Positions 33,678 to 43,127 of a stretch of DNA of 64,000 bases are shown piece after piece. The DNA is from Parcubacteria bacterium DG_74_1 (GTDB taxonomy: Bacteria > Patescibacteriota > Minisyncoccia > Minisyncoccales > DG-74-1): NCBI GenBank assembly GCA_001303125.1, contig LJNE01000001.1, positions 81,737-145,736 of the forward strand, written 5' to 3'. A program made the translations under genes and the position numbers. Each line of letters begins with the position of its first letter. Position 1 is the first letter of the stretch. The notes below the pieces were generated by a model. It was not told where the DNA came from, searched no databases, and worked only from the letters and a program-made list of their open reading frames with translations.

Positions 33678-35723
33678 ATGATTAAGGGTATCAAAGAAAA
33701 AGTTCAACCAATCGTATCCTCCTTTAGAACATGGGGGGCTTCCGAACGAATGGCTCTTGTGATTACAATACTTTCTGTTGTTTTAATTCTGATAGTTTTT
33801 TTAGTAATAATAAACTTTCTTCTCCCTAAAACCGGAGTGGGAATCAGTGTTTTACATCCGGAAAGCGCAAAAGCCGGCGAAGAAGCAATCTATACTGTAA
33901 CTGTTGAAAATACCGGAACCGTTGTTTTGGAAAAGCCGGAGCTAGTTTTTCACTATCCAACTTTTTCTTTGCCAGAGGGAACTTTATACGAAAGGAAAGA
34001 AATGGAAACCCTCTACCCGGGAGAAAAACAAACATTTATCTTCAAGGCCCGCCTTTTTGGCATGGAAGGCGAAGAAAGAAAGTTTGAGGCCTGGCTGAAT
34101 TACTCTAAAGAAGGACAAACAAAAATCATAAGGTCAGAATCCGCCCATTTTACTACTATTATTTCCGAGGTACCAATAGATTTAGTTCTAGACATCCCCA
34201 AAAAGGCTCCAGCACACCCCAAAGAGGAGTCCGAATTTGTTTTCAGGATAAGATATTTTTCTCCCCTTGAGCAGTCTATTCCTGACCTTAAATTATCGGT
34301 AGATTTTCCTTCTGATTTTAATTTTCAAGAATCAATCCCCTCGATGACCGAAGGCCAAGAATTTGGGATTGGAACATTGGAGCCATTGGCCGCAGGAAGT
34401 GTGGAGATAACGGGAAATTTCCCGGCAGGTTACGAAACTGGAAAAGAGTTAGAGTTTAGCGCCCAACTGTCTATCAGCCTCGAAGGGGAAGATGTCCTCT
34501 TGAAAAAAGAGTCCGCCAGCACAATAACCTATGAGCCAGTTTTTTCATTTTCTCAAAAAATCAATAATCAAGAGAGGTATTTTGCTTATTCTGGGGAGAA
34601 ACTCTATTACGAAATTTATTTCAGAAACATCCAAGAGGAGCCCTTGAGAGACTTGTCTTTGACTACGGTTTTAGAGGGGCCCCTTTTTGACCTAGAAACT
34701 GTTGATGCCCCCTCAGGAGTACTTACCAAAGGAACAAATTTTATTTCTTGGGACGGAGAAAAAACCCCAGAACTTAGATATTTAACCCCAGGTCAAGAAG
34801 GAAAGGTTGAGTTTTGGGTTACCTTGAAAGACGACTATAAACCAAAAGATATATCTGAAACCAATGCCCTGATAAGTAATCGGGTAATTTTAGGAGGTTT
34901 TGAAAGAGAGTTTAGAAGTCGGGTTAATTCTTTGGTGAAAATTATCCAAGAAGGTTATTTTAGGGACAAAGACGGATTTTTTGAAAATTCGGGTCCCCAG
35001 CCTCCAAGAGTTGCCGAAGCTACTCAATATACAATTGTTTGGAAAATTGAAAATTACTATAACTGGCTAGAAGACACGGTAGTCAAGGCCTCTCTTCCTC
35101 CTGGGGTTTCTATCGGAAGTATCAAGTCCGCTCAGGGCGAAATAAAGGTTTCAACCTCCCCTGCGGTAATAAATCCTTATCCTGATATTCCAACGACTTT
35201 CAGGTTTGAGAAATCATTATACGAAGGATTGAGAGGAACCGAAGTGACATATCTCCAGCTTATCCTCAAGACAGAAGTCCCTCGTCTCTATCCGGCGTCC
35301 GTTCCAGCCACTGGTTATTTCGGACCGACAACCCGTGAGGCCCTAAAGGGCTTTCAAGAAAAATACAAAGAGGAAATCTTGGACCCCAGCGGACTTCCCG
35401 CTAGCGGCCAGGTTGACGAGTTAACCCGTTCAAAACTTAATGATTTATTAGCCAAGGTAGCCCCAGCGGCCTTTGGCGAAGTAACTTGGGAGGTTGGCAA
35501 AGTCAAGCCAGGAACAGGAGCGCTAGAAGACCCCTTGACCGCCGCTTTTCAAATTAGTTTTACTCCGGAAATGAGTCAAAAAGGAAAAATTGCTACCCTC
35601 ATTAATGAAGCCAGGATTTCGGCAAAGGATCAGTGGACAGAACTCTTACTCTCGACCAACGGCGAAGCCATAGACACTACTCTACCCCATGATCCTACGG
35701 TAAAAGACGGAACAATTCGTTAA
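33678..35723 (+). CDS. Large N-terminally anchored envelope protein with beta-rich repeats and a PG_binding_1-like module
   Basis: TM segment MALVITILSVVLILIVFLVIINFLL. The peptidoglycan-binding-like segment is EVTYLQLILK...ATGYFGPTTREALKGFQEKY. Confidence 0.6.
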   Translation: MIKGIKEKVQPIVSSFRTWGASERMALVITILSVVLILIVFLVIINFLLPKTGVGISVLHPESAKAGEEAIYTVTVENTGTVVLEKPELVFHYPTFSLPEGTLYERKEMETLYPGEKQTFIFKARLFGMEGEERKFEAWLNYSKEGQTKIIRSESAHFTTIISEVPIDLVLDIPKKAPAHPKEESEFVFRIRYFSPLEQSIPDLKLSVDFPSDFNFQESIPSMTEGQEFGIGTLEPLAAGSVEITGNFPAGYETGKELEFSAQLSISLEGEDVLLKKESASTITYEPVFSFSQKINNQERYFAYSGEKLYYEIYFRNIQEEPLRDLSLTTVLEGPLFDLETVDAPSGVLTKGTNFISWDGEKTPELRYLTPGQEGKVEFWVTLKDDYKPKDISETNALISNRVILGGFEREFRSRVNSLVKIIQEGYFRDKDGFFENSGPQPPRVAEATQYTIVWKIENYYNWLEDTVVKASLPPGVSIGSIKSAQGEIKVSTSPAVINPYPDIPTTFRFEKSLYEGLRGTEVTYLQLILKTEVPRLYPASVPATGYFGPTTREALKGFQEKYKEEILDPSGLPASGQVDELTRSKLNDLLAKVAPAAFGEVTWEVGKVKPGTGALEDPLTAAFQISFTPEMSQKGKIATLINEARISAKDQWTELLLSTNGEAIDTTLPHDPTVKDGTIR

Positions 35724-35781
35724 GGGCGGAAGCGGATTTACACGGATGACAATACGGGCTTACGCGGAACACTACTAAAAA

Positions 35782-36150
35782 ATGGATAAAAAATTAATTG
35801 GCGAACTAAAAGGAATCTTGGAAAAAGAGAAAGTGACTATCGAAAGGCAGCTAAGAAAGATTGCCAAAAAGGACGAAAAGCTGCCCGGTGATTGGGATAC
35901 TGTTTTCCCAAAATACGATGGCGGAGAATCTGGCGGTGCCGCTTTAGAAAAAGCGGCTGACGAAGTTGAAGAATACAGCACTCTGTTACCTATTGAGCAC
36001 AGCTTGGAACTCCGTTTAAAAAACATTGACTTGGCCTTGGAGAAAATCAAAAAGGGAACGTACGGAAAGTGCGAAAAATGTCAAAAAGGAATTTCAGTCG
36101 AACGTCTCAAGGCCTCTCCTGAGTCACGCTTTTGCTTAAGTTGTCAATAA
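35782..36150 (+). CDS. DksA/TraR-family C4 zinc-finger protein
   Basis: C-terminal CEKCQKGISVERLKASPESRFCLSCQ preceded by a coiled-coil region. Confidence 0.7.
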   Translation: MDKKLIGELKGILEKEKVTIERQLRKIAKKDEKLPGDWDTVFPKYDGGESGGAALEKAADEVEEYSTLLPIEHSLELRLKNIDLALEKIKKGTYGKCEKCQKGISVERLKASPESRFCLSCQ

Positions 36151-36386
36151 TATTCAAAATGCTCTTATGTCATCAAGAGCCTTCTCGGCAGTGATTGCCG
36201 GGTTAGAGCCTTAAGTTGTAGAGGTAGAAGTAAATGCCTCATACGGATTGAAGCATTTTGAAATCGTGGAGTTATCGGATAAGTTGCCCTGAGAGACAAA
36301 TTGTCCCTCCCTTCCTCTCCATTTTTGAGAAGCCCATTACTGGGCAGTTTTATTTCTGGCTTATCAATATTTTACTTTATTTCTTT

Positions 36387-37619
36387 CTAAAACTGGGCGC
36401 CGAGGCGATATCCGGCAAAAGGATTTTGGGCTCCTCTAACTTCAAAATGAACATGGCAGCCAGTAGCTCCAACCGTATAGCCCGTGTTTCCTATCCGACC
36501 GATAATCGTGCCCTGTGAGACATCGGTACCGCTACTGACTGAGATTTCTGACAAATGGGCGTAAAGAGTAACCACGCCGTTAGGATGAAGGATCGTTAGA
36601 TAATTTCCGTAGCCGTCGTTCCACCCGTAGCCTATCCGTTGAACTGTTCCTTGAGCTGCGGCAAAGACCAACGCGCCACAAGGGTTGGAAAAATCAATCG
36701 CATTATACCAATGAAGCCCCTGGCTGATCTTGCCTTTGGTGGGAGCGATGAAGTAAGCAGAGCCAAGCGGTGTTTGGGGAGGGTGAGTAGCTGCCGATTT
36801 AGCCGAAGACGATGGCATCACACCGTTGGGAATAATGAGAATATCTCCAATATAAATATCATTTTCGTCAGAAAGATCATTGAAGGCCACTATCTCGTCT
36901 GCCCCCCCTTTATACGTTCTGGCAATCTCGGAAACAGTATCTCCGGATTTAACGTGGTGAATTACTCCGGAAATCGGCGGAATAACTAGCTTTTGGCCAA
37001 TCTTTAGTGCTGATTTTCTGCTTAAATTATTCGCCCAAAGAATAGTTTCCAGAGAAATATCAAATTGAACTGCCACAGACGACAAAGTATCGCCGCTCTC
37101 AACAATATATTCGATAATCACTTTTTCCTCGTTTTCAAATTCAGGAACTGTAACTATAGCTCCTAAAACCTGAGGAGAAGCAGTGACAGGCGGCGTGGCT
37201 GCCCGGAGACTGCTCTTCCCGACCAGAAGAAGACTGGGCGATCCAGCTAAAGGTTCGTTTGTAGATTTTAGAAAGTGATTTTGAGAAGGATTTTCCGAAA
37301 AGATTTCGGGGGAAGCAGCTAAAAAAGAGAATTCTCCTGACAAACAAAGTGAATTTCTGTTAATCCCGGGAAAAATATTCAAGAAAGGCAAGATAGCAAA
37401 AATAATAAGAAGGGTAACCGAGATTACCCCCATAAAAGAGAAAGGGTCTTTTTGGGACTCCTTAATTTTTTTTATCCCGTTAAATAGCCTTAACAATAAT
37501 TTAACAGGATGAAGGTATTTTCTAATTTTTGCCCCATTAGAAATCAATCCTCTAATAGGGTCCTCATCAGGGGACATAGGTCCTTCCTCTATTGTCTTAA
37601 AAACACGGATTTCTGTCAA
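36387..37619 (-). CDS. LysM-LysM-M23 peptidoglycan endopeptidase
   Basis: Two LysM repeats (YIVESGDTLSSVAVQF..., HHVKSGDTVSEIARTY...) and an M23 core (LYAHLSEI...GNTGYTVGATGCHVHFEV). TTG start as tracked. Confidence 0.8.
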   Translation of the reverse strand: MTEIRVFKTIEEGPMSPDEDPIRGLISNGAKIRKYLHPVKLLLRLFNGIKKIKESQKDPFSFMGVISVTLLIIFAILPFLNIFPGINRNSLCLSGEFSFLAASPEIFSENPSQNHFLKSTNEPLAGSPSLLLVGKSSLRAATPPVTASPQVLGAIVTVPEFENEEKVIIEYIVESGDTLSSVAVQFDISLETILWANNLSRKSALKIGQKLVIPPISGVIHHVKSGDTVSEIARTYKGGADEIVAFNDLSDENDIYIGDILIIPNGVMPSSSAKSAATHPPQTPLGSAYFIAPTKGKISQGLHWYNAIDFSNPCGALVFAAAQGTVQRIGYGWNDGYGNYLTILHPNGVVTLYAHLSEISVSSGTDVSQGTIIGRIGNTGYTVGATGCHVHFEVRGAQNPFAGYRLGAQF

Positions 37620-37741
37620 GTCCCGTTATAATCCTGGAGAAGAAAGTTGTTATGCCCCTCCCAGAGACAAAAGGCGGCTTTTCTCTTGAAACGTGACTAT
37701 GCCGCGCACACGAACGAGATTGCAAGGAAGCAAGACTCTTA

Positions 37742-37750
37742 TGATATAAT
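37742..37750 (+). promoter_or_regulatory. Extended -10 (TGaTATAAT) 6 nt upstream of the rsmA ATG
   Basis: tgatataat at 37742-37750, ATG at 37757. Confidence 0.5.
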
Positions 37751-37756
37751 AATTAA

Positions 37757-38614
37757 ATGCATTTAGGCCCTAAGGCAGCAATAAAAAACTTACTCAAAAA
37801 ATACCGAGTCCAGCCTTCAAAGGGGTTGGGGCAGAATTTTTTGATTGACAAAGGGGCTGTCAACAAAGTTATTAAAGCAGCCGATCTAAGACTAGAGGAT
37901 GTTGTCCTAGAAATCGGCCCAGGTCTTGGTGTTTTAACCCAAAAGTTGGCAGAAAAAGTAAAAAAAGTTATGGCTGTAGAAAAAGACCCGAGTCTTATAA
38001 GAATTTTGAATAACGAGTTAAGGATAATGAAGGTCAAAAACGTTAAGGTTACTCAGGGCGATATTCTAAAAATTCTTAATTCTAAATTACCGATTCCTAA
38101 TTCATATAAAGTTGTTGCCAATCTACCTTTTTATCTAACTGCACCGGCAATTAGAAAATTTTTAGAAGCCGATACTCAGCCTAAATCAATGCTTTTGATT
38201 GTCCAGAGAGAGGTGGCTCAAAGAATTTGCGCCAAGCCGCCCAAAATGAATCTTTTGGCAGTCTCAGTGCAATTTTACGCTGATCCTAAGATAATCTCTT
38301 ATGTCTCCAAAAAATCTTTTTGGCCTCAGCCGAAAATAGATGCAGCTATTATCAAAATTATTCCGTATAAATCTGCGCTGTTATCTGCGTCTCTCCGTTT
38401 CTATTTTTTCAAAATCGTAAGAGCCGGCTTTTCTCAGCCAAGGAAACAGTTAATAAATAACTTGTTTAAAAAATTAAAGGTTGATAAAATGAAGATAGGA
38501 TCTTGGCTGTGGGAAAGCAATATCCAGTCAAGCCAAAGGGCCGAAACGTTAAGTATTAAAGATTGGTTAAAATTAACAAAAATTTTTAAATCTTATTATG
38601 GCAACTTTAAATAA
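37757..38614 (+). CDS. rsmA: 16S rRNA (adenine1518/1519-N6)-dimethyltransferase
   Basis: LGQNFL, EIGPGLGVLT and NLPFYLT motifs. Confidence 0.85.
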   Translation: MHLGPKAAIKNLLKKYRVQPSKGLGQNFLIDKGAVNKVIKAADLRLEDVVLEIGPGLGVLTQKLAEKVKKVMAVEKDPSLIRILNNELRIMKVKNVKVTQGDILKILNSKLPIPNSYKVVANLPFYLTAPAIRKFLEADTQPKSMLLIVQREVAQRICAKPPKMNLLAVSVQFYADPKIISYVSKKSFWPQPKIDAAIIKIIPYKSALLSASLRFYFFKIVRAGFSQPRKQLINNLFKKLKVDKMKIGSWLWESNIQSSQRAETLSIKDWLKLTKIFKSYYGNFK

Positions 38615-41600
38615 GCAGGGCCCTTTCTTTATCAGTCTAACTATTATCGCTTTCATATTAATTTTCCCCGGGAAATCATTTGCTGCTTGCATCACAGCAC
38701 CGGGCGAATGCGCAGCCGAGTGTGGAATCATAACATATAAGACTGAGTGCGGCGAAGAGTTCAAAGTCGGGGAATGCGGGAAGACTGATTGTGGGTACTG
38801 GGATATTTGGGGTTTTTGGGTTGAGACAGAGTGTCTGTCTTGCTCTCTCAGTAAAGATGGTGAAGAAGGGTGGCCCGAATACAAATGCGACTCCCCGGAT
38901 TGTGATAGAGATATCTTGGTCAGAAAGTGCTGGGCTGAAGTTGAAGGCGGACCTTGTGAAGACGGGGATTGTGAAGACGAAAAGATTTGCGTATATTGCG
39001 AGCCAATAGGAGGAGAAATATGTGAAGAGTGCCAAAGCTGGCAAAAACCAGTAAGGGAACCCCCTTGTGATGCAACAGACCAGTGTCAGAAATGGAGTCG
39101 TTACCGAAAACCAGAATGTTTTTGCGATGGCGAATGCCTAGATGCGCCATCGGGAGATCCCAGGTATTACAATAATCCTCTTTATCCCCTAGATGAATGC
39201 AACCCTGAAGCAGGAATGGATAGTGACAATATCTATCTACCTGTAAAATTAGACTGGGATGATGTCAAAGGCTGGCGAGACGGCTGGAAAGAAGACAGTG
39301 AATGCCAGCAAGTACTAGACTGTGAGACCGGAGACAGGGCCTGCTATGAAGCGCCGAGCGATAAAGATTTTGATGATAAAAGTGAGGGCTTGGCAGCATG
39401 CAAAAAAACTTGTAGAGAAAATTGCTACAATGGCGCCCAAGCAGAAGCTAACAAATTACTTCCCGACGGTTATTGGCTGACTCCTTATAGGATATTGGAA
39501 TTTTATAGAGAAGAGTGCTTTAAAGGGTGCGATAGCAGCTGTCGGGAGAAATACGAGACAGATGCCGGAGGGTGTACAAAAAAATGCCCCCATCTAGGAG
39601 GAGGGCAAGATTATTGCTATCTTCAGCCAGAGGGTTATGCACAGTCATATGTTATTAAAATCGATAAAGTCGATGAGGCAATAAGAGATTGTGAGGCATT
39701 AAAGAAAATAGACGAACTGGAAGAAAAAATAGCTGCTGGAGAAGAAGTAGGGCTAAACCGGCAAGAAATAAAAAGAATAAGGGAAGAGGAATTGGAGATC
39801 GATAAATATATTGAGGTCTTACCAAAATCAGAATTTATTCCGCCCTGTTCTTGTATGTTTGCATCAGATGAGACTTATAAGTGGGAAGTAAGAGCCTGTT
39901 GTCCTGATATCAAAGAGGTTATAACCGTAGAGGAGTTCGCAGAAGATTACTGTCCCGGTTGCTGTCCTGGCGAGGCAGCAGCCAAAAAAGAGGAGTTAAG
40001 GGAAAGCGGGATATTTGTTGAAGATGATTTAGACGATGTCTGCGGCCCCTGGAGCAACGAATGGCAATTTAAGACTAGCCCAGCCCCTGAACCAAAACTA
40101 CCTTACGACCCTGACTGGGTAGGAACTGGAAAGGCAGAAAATATTCCAGCTACCAGTTCAATCGAGTGGTGCGGCCTTTGCAGCGGCAGGAAGTATCCTA
40201 CCAACACTGAATGCGTTGGCGCCTGGGCAGAAGTCGGGGCTCAGTATTATTGGGATTATCAAGACGAGGCCTGTTATGAATATTCCCATAAGCTTCTCCT
40301 CTATTTAATTGAAAATGGCGACAAAGTCTGCCACCCATATGCCACGGAATCAGGGGAAGAGGAATGTAACCCAGAGCTATTAAAACCTTTTACTCCGGGC
40401 GCTACTCCAAATTCAGCATACCACCCTACCGAATTCTCGAACCGTATTTACGAGTTCTTCACAAAAAACTTCATTTATACCTGGCAAGCGGCTACCTGTA
40501 GAGATGACCATACTGGAGATTGCACGGAATTCGGCCAAGAATGGAAATTTTCCCTGGCTGATTTTGTTTTGTTAGTGGCGCAAGCGACCTCTCCAGAAAA
40601 CGACCCCGACGGGAAAAAGCCCGTCGGTTTTCCAGTTAGTATCCAGTGGCTAACCAGCCTTGGAACAATGTCTTCTTGGTATGAAATATATGAGAAAGGT
40701 GCGGCAGTCCCCAAAATGACAGGGACCACTACCCAACCCGTTATCGTCTTGAACTACAACCAGCTAGATTTAGAAACTATTTATAAATGGCGGGTGAAAC
40801 CCTGCTGGGGTTATCACGCCGAGCCTGACAAATGCGAAGGCACCTGGTCAGACTTTTTTTATTTTAAAACCACCGGCCAGCCGCCGAAGCTTATTTCCCC
40901 AGAGAATAACGCTACTGATGTGGTAATTCCGGTAACTTTTAAATGGGAAAGCGTCGGAGGAGCTAAATCTTACATTTTCAAGATTGACGGAGAAGAAAAG
41001 ATAGTAGACGGCGGAGCAGAAATTACCCTTGATTATCCCGAATTACTTCAAGAGGCAAGCTCTTCCTGGCAGGTTAAAACCTGCGCCAAGGCAAACGGAG
41101 AACTTTGCGGAGATGACTGGAGCGGTGAGTATCGGTTTACCACTTTTAAATTAGGGACGCCGGGCAATCTTTGGCCAGAAGACGGCACCACTATTCTCAC
41201 CACCGACATTCACGGTTTTTGCTGGGATGGAGTGCCGGGGGCTAAATATTACGAATTCAAACTCCAATATAATAAGGCCTCGCCGGCAGAAAATAGGAAT
41301 CAGTGTCTGGCAGAAGAGGGAGCATCTACAACAGAAATTATTCAAAAAAACTCACTCTATCACCAACTGAAATGTCTTGGCGAATATGAATGGCAAGTCA
41401 GAGCTTGTTTGGCTGGAAATTGCGAACCCCTGTCCGCAGGAGACTGGAGCGCCTCGTCAACATTAATCCTGGTTGCAAAAGAAACCATCCAAGAGGTTTC
41501 AGAAGAGGTATTAAGGGACCTGCTGGAAAAGTTCGTTTATCCTAAAATTTTTACAGAGATACCAGGAAAGGTCAGCGACAAAGTGGAAGCTATAGTTTAT

Positions 41601-42440
41601 CAAGCAACGTTTGATATCCTGGAGAATAATTCCTCAACCGAGTGGCTAAACCAAGCAGACCTAACTCCGAAAGTCCCAAGGAGTATTTTAGAGCAAGTGC
41701 TAGCCGAAGGATATATAGACCATGATGAAATAGCTAAGGAGGTAGCAAAAAGAGTAGCAGAAAAAGCAAAGAAGTTGTTCGAAACAATGGCGGATGAATT
41801 ATTAGAAAGATTATTAGCAAGGCTCCCGGAAGAAGTTCTAAAGATATCGGACCCGGCTGAAATACCGGGTATGTTAACGACAATGATAGAAGATGAGTGG
41901 GCTGAATTGATGCCCGGCATAATAGACGCAATCTCGGATATAGGTATAACTGATCCCCAACTGGCCGAAGCTATAGAAGAAATCCTGCTCACAGATGGCG
42001 AGTTATCAACAATAAAAGGGGATGTAATAGATGAGACTCTAGAGGAGGCGAAGAAGGCAATCCCAGGGATACCAGCGCAAGTTGAAATGAGAAGAGGGTT
42101 AGTCCCCTGCGGCAGGACCTCAAATCATCCTGATACTCCATGGGACGAAACCGAAAGATGCCAAATCAAACATCTCTTTATAATGGTTTATGTTATTATT
42201 GATTTCTTTTTGTGGAAGGCCATCCCGATTATTTTGGCCTTACTGGCGCTGGCTAGTGGAGCAATATTCTACTTCTCCTTGCAGGCACAAAATCCCGAAC
42301 CCTTAGCGACAGTAAAGTCGCTCTGGAAAGCAGCAGGAATTGGCTTAGTCGTTGTTCTCCTTGCCTGGACAGCTATTTCTCTTTTCTTGGGTATATTCGG
42401 CTATCGGGTGGGGATTTTTGGCACCTGGTGGCAATTTTAA
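38598..42440 (+). CDS. Giant (1280 aa) secreted Cys-rich repeat protein ending in a TrbC/VirB2-type pilin domain
   Basis: Signal peptide ...FPGKSFA/ACIT. Five W-x-V-x-x-C modules between 39876 and 41408. The C-terminal 117 aa (42087-42437) read RRGLVPCGR...CQIKHLF...two TM helices...NPEPLATVKSLW, paralogous to 27687-28244. Confidence 0.75.
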   Translation: MATLNKQGPFFISLTIIAFILIFPGKSFAACITAPGECAAECGIITYKTECGEEFKVGECGKTDCGYWDIWGFWVETECLSCSLSKDGEEGWPEYKCDSPDCDRDILVRKCWAEVEGGPCEDGDCEDEKICVYCEPIGGEICEECQSWQKPVREPPCDATDQCQKWSRYRKPECFCDGECLDAPSGDPRYYNNPLYPLDECNPEAGMDSDNIYLPVKLDWDDVKGWRDGWKEDSECQQVLDCETGDRACYEAPSDKDFDDKSEGLAACKKTCRENCYNGAQAEANKLLPDGYWLTPYRILEFYREECFKGCDSSCREKYETDAGGCTKKCPHLGGGQDYCYLQPEGYAQSYVIKIDKVDEAIRDCEALKKIDELEEKIAAGEEVGLNRQEIKRIREEELEIDKYIEVLPKSEFIPPCSCMFASDETYKWEVRACCPDIKEVITVEEFAEDYCPGCCPGEAAAKKEELRESGIFVEDDLDDVCGPWSNEWQFKTSPAPEPKLPYDPDWVGTGKAENIPATSSIEWCGLCSGRKYPTNTECVGAWAEVGAQYYWDYQDEACYEYSHKLLLYLIENGDKVCHPYATESGEEECNPELLKPFTPGATPNSAYHPTEFSNRIYEFFTKNFIYTWQAATCRDDHTGDCTEFGQEWKFSLADFVLLVAQATSPENDPDGKKPVGFPVSIQWLTSLGTMSSWYEIYEKGAAVPKMTGTTTQPVIVLNYNQLDLETIYKWRVKPCWGYHAEPDKCEGTWSDFFYFKTTGQPPKLISPENNATDVVIPVTFKWESVGGAKSYIFKIDGEEKIVDGGAEITLDYPELLQEASSSWQVKTCAKANGELCGDDWSGEYRFTTFKLGTPGNLWPEDGTTILTTDIHGFCWDGVPGAKYYEFKLQYNKASPAENRNQCLAEEGASTTEIIQKNSLYHQLKCLGEYEWQVRACLAGNCEPLSAGDWSASSTLILVAKETIQEVSEEVLRDLLEKFVYPKIFTEIPGKVSDKVEAIVYQATFDILENNSSTEWLNQADLTPKVPRSILEQVLAEGYIDHDEIAKEVAKRVAEKAKKLFETMADELLERLLARLPEEVLKISDPAEIPGMLTTMIEDEWAELMPGIIDAISDIGITDPQLAEAIEEILLTDGELSTIKGDVIDETLEEAKKAIPGIPAQVEMRRGLVPCGRTSNHPDTPWDETERCQIKHLFIMVYVIIDFFLWKAIPIILALLALASGAIFYFSLQAQNPEPLATVKSLWKAAGIGLVVVLLAWTAISLFLGIFGYRVGIFGTWWQF

Positions 42441-42450
42441 ATTCTAAGAG

Positions 42451-43104
42451 ATGAAAGAATCTGCCAAGCTTTTATTAATAGGGGTATTTGTTTTAATTCT
42501 TGCCCTGAGCCTTATTGGCTGGTGGCATTACAAGAGCTTTGAAAGGGTTCTTTCTGAAGCAAAGCCATTTAATCTTAATTTCCTCGAGATTGATCTTGAG
42601 TTTGAAGAGGAATCTCAAGAGCTAGAAACCTTCCAGGAGTTTTTATTGCCGGCCGGTGATTTAAAAATTTCTTATTCTGACTCTTGGCAAAAAATTGAAG
42701 ATTCCGAATTTAGTTTTGCCACTCTAGATACCGAAAACGCAAAAACATTATTCTACGCAATAAAGGTCAAAGCAAAAGAAACGAAAATGGCCTGGTTAAT
42801 AGTTCAGGAATTGAATTTTGGAGAAGAGAGAGGTTTAGAAAAGATTATTGGGGAAATAAAAACTGCCGGTGCAGACCGGGGAATTGAAACAGAAATTCAA
42901 GGCTTAAGGGTTGAAGAAAATATGTCACACTTTAGAATAAACCAGGAACAGTCTGGTTACTTAACAACCGGAGAAGAGAAAATTATTTTGACCAAAGACA
43001 ATATTTATTCAATATTGGTCTTCTCTTTGGCTTCCGACTGGGAGTCGTTTCAAGAAGAAGCGGAACAAATTTTAAACTCAGCCCAGGTTTTGCCTACAGA
43101 ATAA
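42451..43104 (+). CDS. Single-pass membrane protein (217 aa). VirB8-like in size and topology only.
   Basis: N-terminal TM LLLIGVFVLILALSLIGWW plus an alpha/beta domain of about 185 aa. No motif recognised. Confidence 0.45.
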   Translation: MKESAKLLLIGVFVLILALSLIGWWHYKSFERVLSEAKPFNLNFLEIDLEFEEESQELETFQEFLLPAGDLKISYSDSWQKIEDSEFSFATLDTENAKTLFYAIKVKAKETKMAWLIVQELNFGEERGLEKIIGEIKTAGADRGIETEIQGLRVEENMSHFRINQEQSGYLTTGEEKIILTKDNIYSILVFSLASDWESFQEEAEQILNSAQVLPTE

Positions 43105-43127
43105 ACCTGTGTTATATTAAAGTAACA

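Noticed and set aside
36151-36386. 236-nt ORF-free, relatively GC-rich spacer after the DksA/TraR gene (hairpin gctctt...aagagc at its start)
   Set aside because: I looked for tmRNA, SRP, RNase P and 6S hallmarks and for a promoter and found none convincing. It is probably the convergent 3' UTRs and terminator region of 35782-36150 and the M23 gene.
38573-39150. Several minus- and plus-strand short ORFs inside the 5' end of the giant pilin gene
   Set aside because: They are nested within a 1280-codon uninterrupted ORF that has a signal peptide and repeat logic. No independent signals.
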